Source of the DNA: Camelus dromedarius
Lineage: Eukaryota
Direction of reading: 5' to 3'
NCBI RefSeq assembly: GCF_036321535.1
Contig: NC_087437.1
Span: 91,886,001 to 91,950,000, forward strand
DNA length: 64,000 nt
In this document: positions 1-13,136 of the stretch, piece after piece
How positions within the stretch are numbered: the first letter of the stretch is position 1
Layout of the letters: each line of letters begins with the position of its first letter
Translations under genes and position numbers: made by a program
The notes under the pieces: model-generated
The model's input: only the letters and a program-made list of their open reading frames with translations
The model's database searches: none
Told to the model about the DNA's origin: nothing

Positions 1-64
1 AAAAGACAGAGTTGACCTGACATCACCATATATTTTCCTAATTTCTATAAGGAGTCAAGTAAAA

Positions 65-1068
65 TGCTTCTGCATAGCAAAGAAAACTATGAACAAAGTA
101 AAAAGGCAATTGGCCAAATGGGAAAAAATATCTACAAATCATATATATGATAAGTGATTAATATAAAAATATAGAAGCAGCTTATACAACTCAATAGCAA
201 AAAAAAAAAAAAATCTGATAAAAAATGGACAGAGGATCTAAGTAGACATTTTCCCAAAGAATACATACACAGATAGCTAGCAGGTACATGAAAAGATTCT
301 CAACATCATTAATCATCTGGGAAATGCAAATCAAATCCACAACAAGATAGCACCTTACACCTGTTAGAATGGCTATTATCAAGACAATAAGAAATAAGTA
401 TTGGCGAGGATATAGAGAAAAGGGAACCTGATACACTTTGGTGTAGCCACTATGGAAAACAATGTGGAGTTTCCCCCCCAAATTATAAATAGAACTATTA
501 TACGAACCAGCAATTTCATTTCTGGGCATTTATCAAAAGAATGCGAAAACACTGATATATCCACCCTCATGTTAACTGCAGCATTGTTTACAATAGCCAA
601 CACTGGAAAGCAAGCTAACTGTGCACTGATGCGTGTATACATATATCACATATGTACATACATACAAACAGTGGAATATTATTCAGCCATAAAAAATAAT
701 GAATCTTGCCATTCGTGACAACACAAATGGATCTTGAGAGAATTATGCTAAGTGAAATAAATCAGACAGAAAAAGACAAATACCTTATAATCACATTTAT
801 ATGTGGAATCCAGAAGAAAACAAAAACAAAAACAAAACAAATATGCCCATAAATATAGAGAACAGATTGGTGGTTGCCAGAAGTGACAGTCAAGGATGAG
901 GGGTGAGCAAAAAGCGATCAAAAGGTACAAACTTCCAATTATAAAATAAATAAATCATGGGGATATAATGTACAGCATGGTGACTATAGTTAATAATACT
1001 ATTTCATATTTCAAAGTTTTAAGAGAGTAGATCTTAAATGTTCTCATCACAAGAAAAAAATTGCAACT
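65..1068 (+). mobile_element. LINE-1 3' fragment (ORF2 C-terminus plus most of the 3' UTR), L1MA9-like
   Basis: caccttacacctgttagaatggctattatc (351-380) encodes the ORF2 C-terminal HLTPVRMAII motif. It is followed by a 3' UTR with 'atgtacagcatggtgactatagttaataatact', closely similar to 42840-42960. Confidence 0.92.
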
Positions 1069-3036
1069 AAATTAAAAAAATGAGTCATCCCCCCTTTAGC
1101 ATTCTTTTTAGATGGAAGATGAGGGCCCCCCAATTTTTTACTTCATATTCATTTATTTAAAACATCAAAAATATTAAGCAGTTGGGTTTCTGACTGAAGC
1201 AATAATGCCAAAATATCTTATACCTCTCATTCAAATCCCCCATCCATGCTATATTTCTAAAAAAAATCAAAACACGATGAAATATATGTATATATGGAAT
1301 TTAAATCATCTATTACTTATTAAAATCAGAAATACTAGCTTAGGAGCCTATAGACTACTGATCTATCTGCCAGGTTTGACACCACAAAACATAAAGTACT
1401 GGATTCAGCCAGGCTGAGCACATGATAAGGAATTATATCTGAAAGAATTGAGTGTAAATCTTTAGTACTGTAGCACCAAATATTCTCTAGATAGAAGTAG
1501 TTATTACATCAAATGATTTATCTAAGATTTAATTATGATCAGTAGTCTTTAGAGCAAAAATTATAAATGCAATGGCTCAATGTCTGATGTGTAATAATTT
1601 TTTTCAATATTATTTTTACCTTAAAGTCACCATAGGTAAGAAAATTCACAAACTGAAAAACTAAAGTACAAAGGAAAATATTTTTACATACTTTTCCCCA
1701 ACACACAACCACTATCAATAAGATGTCACAATAATGTCAGAAATTGTGAACAAATTATGAATAGAGATTTTTTTCAACCTTGAATTAAAATGCAAGGATG
1801 ACTAATATTAATAAGAAAAATAATAACTTTTGAGCCATGATTTATATTTGGTAATAAAATTATGTTTATTGATTACTTATTTTCCCTTTTGTTCTCTACT
1901 CAGTTTCTATAGACCTAAGAAAGTAAAACTTCTGCATTTCTTGCCTCTTAGGACATGTAGGGGAGAAAGTCAAGCTAGTTTTCCTTTTCAAAATCTTACA
2001 CACACCAATAAGGACAGTTTAAGGAGAAAGGAATTTAATATATTAGATGGGGACTGAGTGTGCTTAAGATAAATTTTCCTTAAATTAGAAAGATTTCCCT
2101 GGGTTTGGAGTCAGACAAGTAATCCTTGGGTCCTAAAGGTGGATACCCTGAGTCCTGCTCTCAGGCAGAATCACCCTGCTTGGTATCAGGAATGCTGGAA
2201 TCAGCTACAAAAGATTCTTGTGACCCATGCATGGCTCAAAACAAAGAGACACTCGTATTAAATAAACTCAGGTAATGATGAGAAGCCTGTTGACTTAACA
2301 AGGCCAAAGTCTAGGGCACTTGGAAGAAAGCTTGCTACACAGCTTGAGGCTGAATTTCTGATAAAGGTTACATGAAAGAAGCTCAAAGTGAACGTTACAA
2401 TAGGTTTATTTGTAAGAAATAAAGGCAAACTCATTCACTCCTAATATTCTGGACTGAGATTCAAGCACTTACAAAAATGCTGTTTCAGAATAAATAAATA
2501 TTTGTCAGTCAGATGTTCTGGATTACCCAGCGCCTCTGATTTGCCATGATTCCAAGAGGCAAACATACTTAGTAAAATTCATTTTTTCCAATCTTAGAAC
2601 ACCTTTCTGATAATTTCTGACTCAGTACAATTGACACTGTGGGATTTGCTACGTACCAAAAATAAACTTTAGGCAGCAATTATTTTCCTTAATTGCATTT
2701 TCCTTGATTATTCTGAGATGCAAGATGTCAAATTTCAGGAATTTGTGATTATGTTACCATTAAAAATTCACAAAATGTTATTAAAATTAATTTATAAACT
2801 TGTAACTATTTTCTGATGAAACTATACACGGAATTTTATAACCAAAAGTTGTTAAATATTTTCAGATTCCCTAACCTGTCACTGAAGAGCTTTAAATGCT
2901 TTCTAAAGTAATTGTCATATCTTCCTTTTAATTTCTCCCTAAATTTCTTCTTTTACAGAAAAAGTAAAAAAAAAAAAAAAAAAACTTTTTATACTATCAC
3001 TTTTTTTCTATTTTCCTGCTTTTCAGTAATGGAAGT

Positions 3037-3160
3037 GTATTTGTCCCATCAGATTGCCATAACAAAATATCAGAGACTTTAACAGTAGTGCTTTATTTTC
3101 TCACTGTTCTGGATGCTTGAAGTACATGATCAAGGCACAAACAAGGTTGGTGTCTAGTGA
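3037..3160 (-). mobile_element. MaLR LTR fragment (MLT1A/B/C-like 3' end)
   Basis: 'tgtatt...tgccataacaaaatatcagagact...tttattttctcactgttctggatgcttgaagtacatgatcaaggc' resembles the reverse complement of the MLT1 3' end. Confidence 0.7.
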
Positions 3161-3498
3161 GAACAAATGATAATTTGTTACACATGAACAGAAAACTAAT
3201 TTGTATAAAGCCTTCCTCTACTAAATTCACTCTCAGAAGTTGGCATTGCATCTTTAGTCTCTACCTAAAAATCTTTCTTTGGGCTTATTCTCTCATTTGT
3301 TCATTTATTCTATCCTTGAGAAAAAAATACATAAACACCATTTTTGTAAATAAGTATACTCTCTACTTACACATTCAATCCTATTTTCACTTTATATTAG
3401 TTGCTACTTGTCTTTTGGCAAGCTCATGTACTCAAAAACGTCAGTTATCATCTATACTATAATACTTTTGCAGACCCATTTTTCAGGCTCTGGAATTA

Positions 3499-3715
3499 AG
3501 CAGCGTAGTGGTTAAGATATTTTGGAACTTGGTTGCCTAATTTCAAATCCTAGTTTTGCTCCATACTAACTACATAATCTTTGGCACTTATCCTTCTCTA
3601 TATCATATATAGGTACTATGAGATTGTACCTATCTTACAGAGTTGCTATGAGAATTAGATGACTTACTAGTTATCTGATTATTAGAACATAGCACACCTG
3701 AGTAGAAAAAGCCTT
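3499..3715 (+). mobile_element. MIR SINE
   Basis: 'agcgtagtggttaaga...ttcaaatcctag' head, then core 'gtacctatcttacagagttgctatgagaattagatga'. Confidence 0.75.
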
Positions 3716-4289
3716 ATGTATGTTTTTTAAAGTAAATAATACTTAGCTACTGGACCTCTTATCCTAAGTGCTTATGTGGCATATCAAACAAAACCGAAAC
3801 CAATTTCATTATTTGTTCACAAATTAGGTACATTATTTAGGAGTCTTGATTTCAACTATTTTTATACCTTTTGCTTTTACCAATCACTGTAAGTTCTTTA
3901 TAAAAGCCAAAGTGGACCTAACACTGTTTAATATTCAACCAATTTCTACTTTTATGCTTTTGAACATGAAATTTCCTTGTCCAAAATCATACTGAAACCA
4001 TGTACATCCAAAACTTTATGAAAAGATATTTCTACTTTTAAGTCTGTCCTAGATTCAACACTTAGAGGAACAGATTTGCTCACTTGGAAACCCAATTATG
4101 CTTTGCTTAATTATTAAAATAAAACATATTATAGAATTTTTGTTATTATACATAGGCTTAGTTAAGGAAGTTTAAGAATACTTAAAAGCATAAGAAAATA
4201 AATAAAAGCCATCTTCATTCCAATCACACAGATTTAATCACTGTTAATATTTTATTTCTTTATATACTTTTGTATGCATGTAAATATTT

Positions 4290-4945
4290 TGGCAGGAGTG
4301 TAATGCACACCAAGTATTCCTCTCATTACCCTTTATTTCCTGGCCCCTCACAATTATGCAAGGCCATGTAACTAGCCCTGACTGATGATATACAATGAGG
4401 GAGGGGGAAGATGGGAAGATGTTACTCAAGGGTTCAAAATTTCAGTTATATAAGAGCAATACGTTCTGGAGATCTAATGTAGCTATAGTTAATGCTATAT
4501 TGTATACTTGAAATTTGCTAACTAAAAACATAGATCTTAAATTAAGTATTATCACCACACACACACACAAAATAAAAAATGGTAACTATGGAAAGTTATG
4601 GATATTTTAATTAGCTTGATTATAGAGATTATTTCAAGCTGTATATGTATATCCAAACATCTAGTTGTACAACATACTTACATACAATATTCATTTGTCA
4701 ATTATACCTCAGTAAAACTGTGTAAGAAAATATAATGTGTAATCACTGGGCTGAGAAATTATAAAGCCCATGAGAGTTTATCCAGTGTATTCCTGTGTTA
4801 TATGCAAAGACTTTGTCTTCCAGAGTATGTAAATACATAGATACTTTATGAGTTTCTGTGTGAGGTGAATCTTCCCAAATCATGTTCAATGTACCAATAG
4901 TAAAAAAAAATATATATTTACTGCAGAATTCTTAGGATACTTTGT
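4290..4945 (+). mobile_element. Old MaLR/ERVL LTR (MLT1J-like), interrupted by an L1 fragment at 4399-4730
   Basis: 'tttcctggcccctcacaattatgcaaggccatgtaactagccctgactgatg' lies before the L1, and LTR-like sequence 'gtgtaatcactgggctgag...' resumes after it. Confidence 0.45.
4399..4730 (+). mobile_element. LINE-1 3' UTR end, L1MA8/9-like
   Basis: 'gttctggagatctaatgta...tgtatacttgaaatttgcta...tttgtcaattatacctcagtaaaactg' is a typical L1MA terminus. Confidence 0.85.
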
Positions 4946-5387
4946 TCTAGTGTGTGTGCATGTAGTTTTATGATATATTTGTTTTAACAGTTTATTTAAA
5001 ATTTCTGCCCTGAAGTATTTCATAAAATCATACTTTCATGAATTCTACTGCCAATACTACAAACTGAATTAAAGTGAATTTATTCAAAGCTAAATATGAT
5101 TACATGTTTCATCAAGTCATTCTCTCATGAATGAAAATATATCTAAAGTAAGAACATACAGGAAGTCTATTTTGTATCTACTCATTTCTTGTGTGAGAGG
5201 GAGAACTACATTGCACTTATGCATAGATACGGAGCTCTATGTTCCAATTAGTTTTACTTATGTCCTTCATAAGTAAAACGCTTTTCAAACTTCTTGATAT
5301 ATAGTAGCAAATTTGACAGTACTTTTACATTTAAATGTATATGTGTATTTATATATTTTTCCCCCACATTAAAAATAATAAGGAATT

Positions 5388-7243
5388 GATCCTTCAACTT
5401 TACTAAATTCATTGATGAGCTCCAGTAGTTTTCTGGTAGAGTCTTTAAGAGTTTCTATATATAGTACCATGTTATCTGCAAACAGTGACGGTTTTACTTC
5501 TTTTTTTCCAATTTGGACTCCTTTTATTTCTTTTTCTTCTCCGATTGCTGTGGCTAGGACTTCCAAAACTATACTGAATAAAAGTAACAAGGGTCAGCAT
5601 TCTTGTCTTGTTGCTGATCTTAGAGTAAATGCTTTCAGCTATTCACCATTAAGTATGATGTTAGCTGTGGGTTCATTATATATAGTTTTATTATGTTGGG
5701 GTATGGACCCTCTATGCCCACTTTCTGGACAGTTTTTATCATAAATACATGTTGAATTTTGTCAAAAGCTTTTTCTGTATCTATTGAGATGATCATGTTT
5801 TTTATTCTTCAATTTTTTAATGTTGTGTATTACATTGATTGATTTGCAGATATTGAAAAATCATGCATCCCTGGGATATATCCCACTTGATCATGCACTA
5901 AGATCCTTTCAATGTATTGTTGGATATAGTTTGTTAGTATTTTGTTGAAGATTTTTACGCCCATGTTAACCAGTGAAATTGGCCTATAATTTTCTTTTTT
6001 TGTGATATCTTTTCTGGTTTTGGTATCAGGGTAATGCTGGCCTCATAGAATGAGTTTGGAAGTGTTCCTTCATCTGCAATTTTTTGGAGTACTTTTAGAA
6101 TAGGTGTTAACTTTTGTCTAAATGTTTAGTAGAATTCACCTATGAAGCCATCTGGTTCTGGACTTTTATCTGTTGAGAGTTTTTAATTACTCATTCAATT
6201 TCATTACTGGTAATTGGTCTGTTCATATTTTCTGTCTCTTTCTGGTTCAGCCTTGGAAGTTTGTACCTTTTTAGGAGTTTGTTCATTTCTTCTAGGTTGT
6301 CTATTTTATTGTCATATATTAGTTTATAGTAGCCTCTTTTGATCCTTTGTATTTCTGTGGTGTCAATTGTAACTTCTTTCTCATTTCCAATTTTATTGCT
6401 TTGGGGCCTCTCTGTTTTTTTCTTGATGAGTCTGGTCAAGGGTTTATCAATTTGGTTTATGTTTTCAAAGAACCAGCTTTTAGTTTCATTGATCTTTTCT
6501 ATTGTTTTACTCTCTGTTTCATTTATTTTTCTAAGTTTTTTATTTTCAGTTTAGTTGTTTTTGTTTCGCTTTGTTTTGGTTTTGGCAGGGGGAGGTAATT
6601 AGGTTTATTTATTTACATTTTTTTTAATGGAGGTACTGGGAATTGAACCCAGGACCTGGTGTATGCTAAGCATGTGATCTACTACTTGAGCTATACCTTC
6701 CCCTTCATTTATTTTTAATAAATGTGATCTATGTGATTTCTTTCATTCTACTAACTTTGGGCTTTGTTTGTTTCTCTTTTTCTAGTCACTTTAGGTGTAA
6801 AGTTAGATTATTTACTTAAGATTTTTCTTGTTTCCTGAGGTAAGCTTATATCACTATTAACTTCCCACTTAAAACTGCTTTCGTTGAGCCCCATAGGTTA
6901 TGGATCATCTTGTTTTCATTTTTATTTGTAGGATTTTATTTTTTTCATCTTTAATTTCTTCAGTGACCCATTGTTGTTTACTAGCATATTGTTTAGCCTC
7001 CACGTATTTGTGTTTTTTGCAGTTTTTTTTTTTTTTTTTTTTTTGGTAGTTGATTTCTAGTCTTATAGTGTTGTGGCTAGAAAAGATGCTTGATATTATT
7101 TCAGTGTTCTTAAATTTACCTGGGCTTGCTTTGAGGCCTAGCATGTAATTCATTTAGGAGAATGTTCCACATGCACTTGAAAAGAATGTGTATTCTACTT
7201 TTTTTGGATAGACTGATATATATATATATATATATCAATTAAG
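5388..7243 (-). mobile_element. Inverted 5' segment of a twin-primed L1 (ORF2 from the end of EN into RT)
   Basis: Minus-strand ORF remnants [44 protein letters not shown] (RT F/YADD-region motif) and [13 protein letters not shown]...[22 protein letters not shown] are L1 ORF2p. Confidence 0.95.
6531..6703 (-). mobile_element. tRNA-Ala-derived SINE, camelid vic-1-like, inserted in the L1
   Basis: The reverse complement reads GGGGAAGGTATAGCTCAAGTAGTAGATCACATGCTTAGCATACACCAGGTCCTGGGTTCAATTCCCAGTACCTCC (A and B boxes), then AATAAACCTAATTACCTCCCCC and an A-rich tail. A perfect 13-bp TSD ttcatttattttt lies at 6518-6530 and 6704-6716. Confidence 0.9.
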
Positions 7244-9118
7244 ACACAGAAATTGATTGCATGTCTATACACTAACAATGAAGTATCAGAAAGAGAAATT
7301 AAGGAAACAATCCCATTTACCGTGGCATCTAAAAGAATAAAATACCTAGGAATAAACCAACCTGAGGAGTCAAAAGACTTGTGCTTTGAAAACTATAAAA
7401 CACTGATGAAAACATTGAAGACAATATAAAGAGATGAAAAAAATATACCATGTTCTTGAATTGGACGAATATTATTAAAATGACCATACTACTGAAGGCA
7501 ATCTACATAGTCAACATAATCCCTATCAATATACCAATGGCATCTTTCACAAAACTAGAATAATTAAAAAATTTGTATGGAAATACAAAGCAAAAACAAT
7601 TTTGAAAAAGAAGAAAAGAGCTAGAGGAATCATGGTCTCTGGCTTCAGACTATACTGCAAAGCCACACTTATCAAAACAGCATGGTACTGGGATAAAAGC
7701 AAACTCATAGAGCCGTGGACAGGATAGAGATCTCAGAAATAAATCCATGCACTTATGGCCAATTAATGTATTATAAAGGAGGCAAGAATGTACAATGGGG
7801 AATAGACAGTTTCTTCAATAAGTGGTGCTGGGAAAATTGGGCATCTACATGTAAAAGATTGAAATTAAAACATTCTTTAACACTATATATAAAAATAAAC
7901 CCAAGAATGATTAAAGAACTAAATGTAAGACTGTATACTATAAAACTCCTAAAGGAAAACATAGGCAGAACACTCTCTGAAATAATTCACAGTAAAATTT
8001 TTTTGATTTGTCTCCTTTAGAAAATAAATGCAAAAATATACAAATGAGACTTAATTAAACTTAAAAGCTTTTGAACAGTAAAAGAAATAACAGACAAAAA
8101 CAAAATGACAACTAACTGAATGGGAGAAAATACTTGCAAATGATATGACTGATAAGGGATTAATATCCAACATAACATATATAAACATATAAGTTATATA
8201 TAAATAGCTCATACAGCTCAACATAAAAAAAGCAAACAACTGTATTAAATTATGGGCAGAAAAACTGAAAACAAATTTTTTCAAAGAGGAAATGCAGATG
8301 GTCAACAGGCATATGAAAAGATGCTCAACATTGCTAAGCATCAGGGAAATGTAAATCAAAGACCACAATGACATATCACCTTATGCCTGTCAGAATGGCT
8401 ATCATCAAAAAAAAAAAAAAAAATACAAATAACAAATGCTGGTGAGAAGGTGAAGAAAAGGGAACCTACGTAAAATGTTGGTGGGAATATAAATTGCTGA
8501 AGCCTCTGTGGAAAACAGTATGGAAGTCTCTTAGAAGACTACAAATAGAATTATCATATGAACCAGCAATTCCACTCCTGGGTATATATTTGAAAAAAAG
8601 CAAAAACACTAATTCGAAAAGATACATGCACCCCAGTGTTCATAGCCACATTATTTACAATTGCAAAGCTACAACAGTATCCATCAGTAGAAGAATGGAT
8701 AAAGAACTATATATATATATATATATATATTCTATACATTCCACAAGCGAATACTACTCAGCTATTAAAAAAAAGAATAAAATTTTGCCATTTGCAACAA
8801 TATTGATGGAGTTAGAAGGCATTATTCTAAGTGAAATAAGTCAAAGAAAAATACTGTATGATATCACATATATGAGGAATCTAAAAAATAAAACAGACTA
8901 GTGAATACAACAAAAAAGAAGCAGATGTACAGATATAGAGAACAAACTAGCAGTTACCAGTTGGGGGGTAATAAAGGGGTGGGGGGATGGGAGACACAAA
9001 CTATTGAGTGTAAAATAGGCCACAAGGATATATTATATCACATGGGGTCAATATTTTATAATAACTGTAAATTGAGTGTAATTTTAAAATTATGTAAAAA
9101 TAAAGTAAAATTTAAAAA
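7244..9118 (+). mobile_element. Sense 3' segment of the same L1 (ORF2 3' half and cetartiodactyl-type 3' UTR)
   Basis: ORF remnants [11 protein letters not shown] and YEPAIPLLGIY; 3' UTR 'caaactattgagtgtaaaataggc...aataactgtaaat' and a degenerate A-rich tail. Confidence 0.95.
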
Positions 9119-12100
9119 TCACAGGAAAATCACAGAATTTAATAAAATAATAATAGAATTTCCAGGCAGACAATGCAACTATAATTGGTAAAGGTATGTA
9201 GAATCCTATATTAAAGAATACTAACTAGCTTTCTCTCTTACTGAGTACGTTCAGTCTTCCTAGGAAACAAGAAAGATGAGAGATTTGTGTGTTTAACTGC
9301 CTTGGGATTTATAAAGACTAGGAGATGAAATCAAACAGGAGTAGTTCTCATATGTCAGGAGAGAGTGGGAGAGAGGGAGGGCATTGTGGGGAAATGGGTG
9401 ATGGTGGAGAGGTAGCTATTGAAAATATCTCTATGGATGAAAAAGAGTTCATTAATTTGCTCTTAAAATAAACCTTTGGTTTTGAAAGAAATAAGGAACT
9501 GAATAACTGTCAGTAGGTATACAGGTTTTGGAAGTAACGAAAAATTGTTTTGAAGTTTGGCATTTTACTGAGTTCTAGAATTCAAACTGTAGACCCCAAA
9601 GACTGAACATATATAATAGATATCTCCATATGTTAGAAATTTGAACTCTGATACATCTCTTGAGGACAAGTGTCATTATAACATTAAGTCCTTTTTTCTC
9701 TGTCATACTTTTCAAAATAGGAAAATCAACGTTGTGAGGTGGACATAATTATTTAATACACAATTTACCACATACCAAAATCATTTCTACAATGCCAGCA
9801 TATTTTTTAGTGTGGATGGAGACATAATCTCAAGTTTTACCCTGAAATGGTCCTCGTCCAAGATAATTTTACTTCGACAAAATCTCTGAAACTTGTTTAG
9901 GCCTCAAAAAATAATTATATTTATAGCAATGAATTTGTTCTTTATCTTTTCTATTGAGATTAACAAACGTCCAGTGGAACATTCTCTATATTCTTGTCAT
10001 TTTGTAAGACTCTAGCTGTAGATTATATCTGGACTAGGCATTATTATGTTGCTACTGTAATTATTACTGAGGTTTTTTTTCCAATGAAATAGCCACTTTT
10101 TCAAGTACAAGAAGGCCTGTTGTCACATGGTTAGTTTCGGAAAAATTTTAGTAATGTGCCCAAGTTCTAATTTCAGTGGCCTATTAATAATACAATCACC
10201 ATTATCATGAATATCTTTATTAATATCACTTATTGACTAGATATTTTGTGTAACTTAGGGATAAGTAATGTAAAGCAAGGCCATGACTTGAAAGCCTTTA
10301 CAATCTAATAAAAGAATTAGGAATAATTAAAAAAGAATACGATCAATTTCTGCACATTTGTTAGTAAATATTGTCATATATATAAGAAATAAAAGGATAT
10401 ATTTTTATGTTATATCAACTGACTTGTAATCATATTAACTCACTTATAATATTTTAATTGTCTAAGGTTTGTTTTTTCACAACTTGAATTCAGAGATTAC
10501 AACTTTACTCATCTTTTTTATAATTGAAAAGTATTGTTATTCATGATACAGAGAAATATTGATAATTCTCCAGTATCAGCAAGTAAATATTGCCTTATGT
10601 CCAGAATAATAATTATATTCATTAACAAAGCAAAGTCTACATAAGTTATCTAAAAACTATCAGAAAAATCTGAAAGCAAACAATATTATACTTCAAAGAA
10701 CTACTCTGGATAATACAATCCATTTCCCTTATGAAGGTATTTTTAATAGCTATAAAGTCAAAATTCAAATAATGAGAATCTTTCCCTGCACTTGGCAATT
10801 CTTCAAGGCTGTGAGTCAGAATATATTATATGTCTTTATTACCATTACATTAAGTCACTGCAACTGCACAATAGTTATAACTGGCTGTATCATATAGGTA
10901 GAACAGCTGGTTGCCTCAGGCAGCAAAATATTAGAAGAGTAAAGTGTTTTGTGACTGTTTATTATGTGAGTGATTACTTGCCAGAAGGAGGAGACATTTT
11001 TCATATTGCCTGGGGCGGTAAAAATCCTCAAGTTGACATTAGTCTTGTTCTTTTAGTAAGAGACACAAGGCATTCAATACATAAATGAACATCTCAATTT
11101 GAGATTAACTGTTAGTATGTATGTTAACTTTAGGTCTTTCTGGACATGATAAATGGCCACAGAGTAGTTTAATTTTTTAGTTTAACTAGGTACTGCATGA
11201 TTAGTTGATGATACTGTAAGAAGTATTACTCTAAAATGTGGGACTTCCATTATGTCATACAGGGTCACATTACTTAATAAGTTGATGCACAGTGATGTCA
11301 CTTTTGAAACTCTAATATACTATAAAACCTGTATAGTAACATGAATTTAAAATTTGTCCATAAAGGCACTACAAAAGGAATATGTTTGAGACTGATTTTT
11401 ATGCATGTTCTACACAAGAATTAATCTTCATACTTATAATTTCCCCGAACAGTGCCCAGATTTGCTGCTTATATTGAAATATGCTGACTCATGAGTGAAA
11501 AATCATTGGCATCAAAGCCTGTTTCAAAAGGTAGAAATAACTGCAAGTGAATGTGTTTTGATTACTACTTTGGAGCAAAAAGATTCACTTTCCTACAAAA
11601 ACAAGATGCTTGGACAAGAAATGTTCCCTGAGTATAACTCACAGTAAGAAAAAGATGCCTTTGTTCACAAAATGAAATGCAACAGGAATGCGTAGTTCAG
11701 GCCATGACTCTCTTAACATAGAATGAATTTAAATCTCCAGAGGAAGGATATTATTTAAATGTAAGGTGTTCACATCAAATTAATAACCATGAAAACTGTT
11801 GAGAAATTATATTTGTAGAAAGGAGTTTGCTACTTTAAAGAATTTAGTTTCACTTTTCATTATATATAAAAGTAGTTACATCAATGCCAATATTGATAAC
11901 TAAACAACAAAGAAAATTTAGGTTTTATTTTGAAAAAATGTGTTTTGGCACCCATCAAAAAAAAAGTGCTATATATGTGATAGACATATGCAGAAGACAT
12001 TAACATATATATATAGAACTATAATTTTAACTATTTTAGTGAGTGCCATGTATAAAATATTTTACCTATTCAACAGAATGTATAATTAATAAGAAAAAGT

Positions 12101-13136
12101 ACAAATTATCTTTCAAATATGCATTATAAAAACACAGACTGATGAGAAAACTGACAATAATTTGCATCAATAGGTAAACAAAAATTGAAGAAAACAACCA
12201 TTGAAATTCCTACTATGATGAATGCTGGCCTGACTGTATGTTCTGTTTCTGATGAGTGCCATGCTGATGTTGGGTGTTGATAGACAATCAATTCTGTCGG
12301 TCATCATGGAAGTGATTGCTGATGGATTTTATTGTCTTGGACTCAGGGACATCATCCTGGGAAAAAACCTTCTCTCCAGACTGAAATTCTTGACATGCAA
12401 TCAAAGTTGTGGGAGCACAGAAGACTACTGAAAGAACTGTCACTAAAGAACAATTGCTACAGAATGATCCGTAGGATCAGGTCAAGGATTTGTGAAATGT
12501 TTACATGAGATGAAATGTCAGGTTCTAAAAGTATTTAGATGTACTGAGAAATTTTATTTCCAAAGTACCATTTATGTTTCTGTTGAGATAAAAATCAAAA
12601 TTCTGAATTTTGTTTGTCAATATCTGTCATATAAATAAAACATTAAGTGAAACACATTAAATGAAATAAATGCAAGATTGTACAGTGCTATGACATATTA
12701 ATTACTACTTATTTAATAAATATGACTGGTATTTTAGTGGAAAAATAAGTATGGCATAATAAACAAATTCAAATTGACTAATTATTTAATTACAGAGAAA
12801 TGACAATATATAAATATATAATATACATAAATATAAGTGTAAAAGAATATACACAAACATTCCTGAAGCCCTTGACAATGTGCTGGATATGCTACTAGAT
12901 AATTGGAATATGGTTGTAAATAACCTATCATTCATAACCATATGTCCTATCATTCAAAAACTGATGTTATAGATTATAGATATTTAATAGAAAACTTTTA
13001 ATATATCATTATAAAGAATTGATAATTAACTGAAGATATATACTGAGACAATTGATCTCATACCTTAGAGACATGAGGGATCATGGCTAACAAAGATTTC
13101 TGGGTCATATTCAAGAAATCTTGATTTAGCACACAT

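Noticed and set aside
6630..6703. tRNA-Ala gene
   Set aside because: The stems are mismatched, and the SINE body, A-rich tail and TSD show it is a retroposed SINE.
191..9191. ORFs of 60-135 aa in the first 9 kb as protein-coding genes
   Set aside because: Most are sense or antisense fragments of disrupted L1 ORF2/3' UTR. The rest are short chance ORFs.
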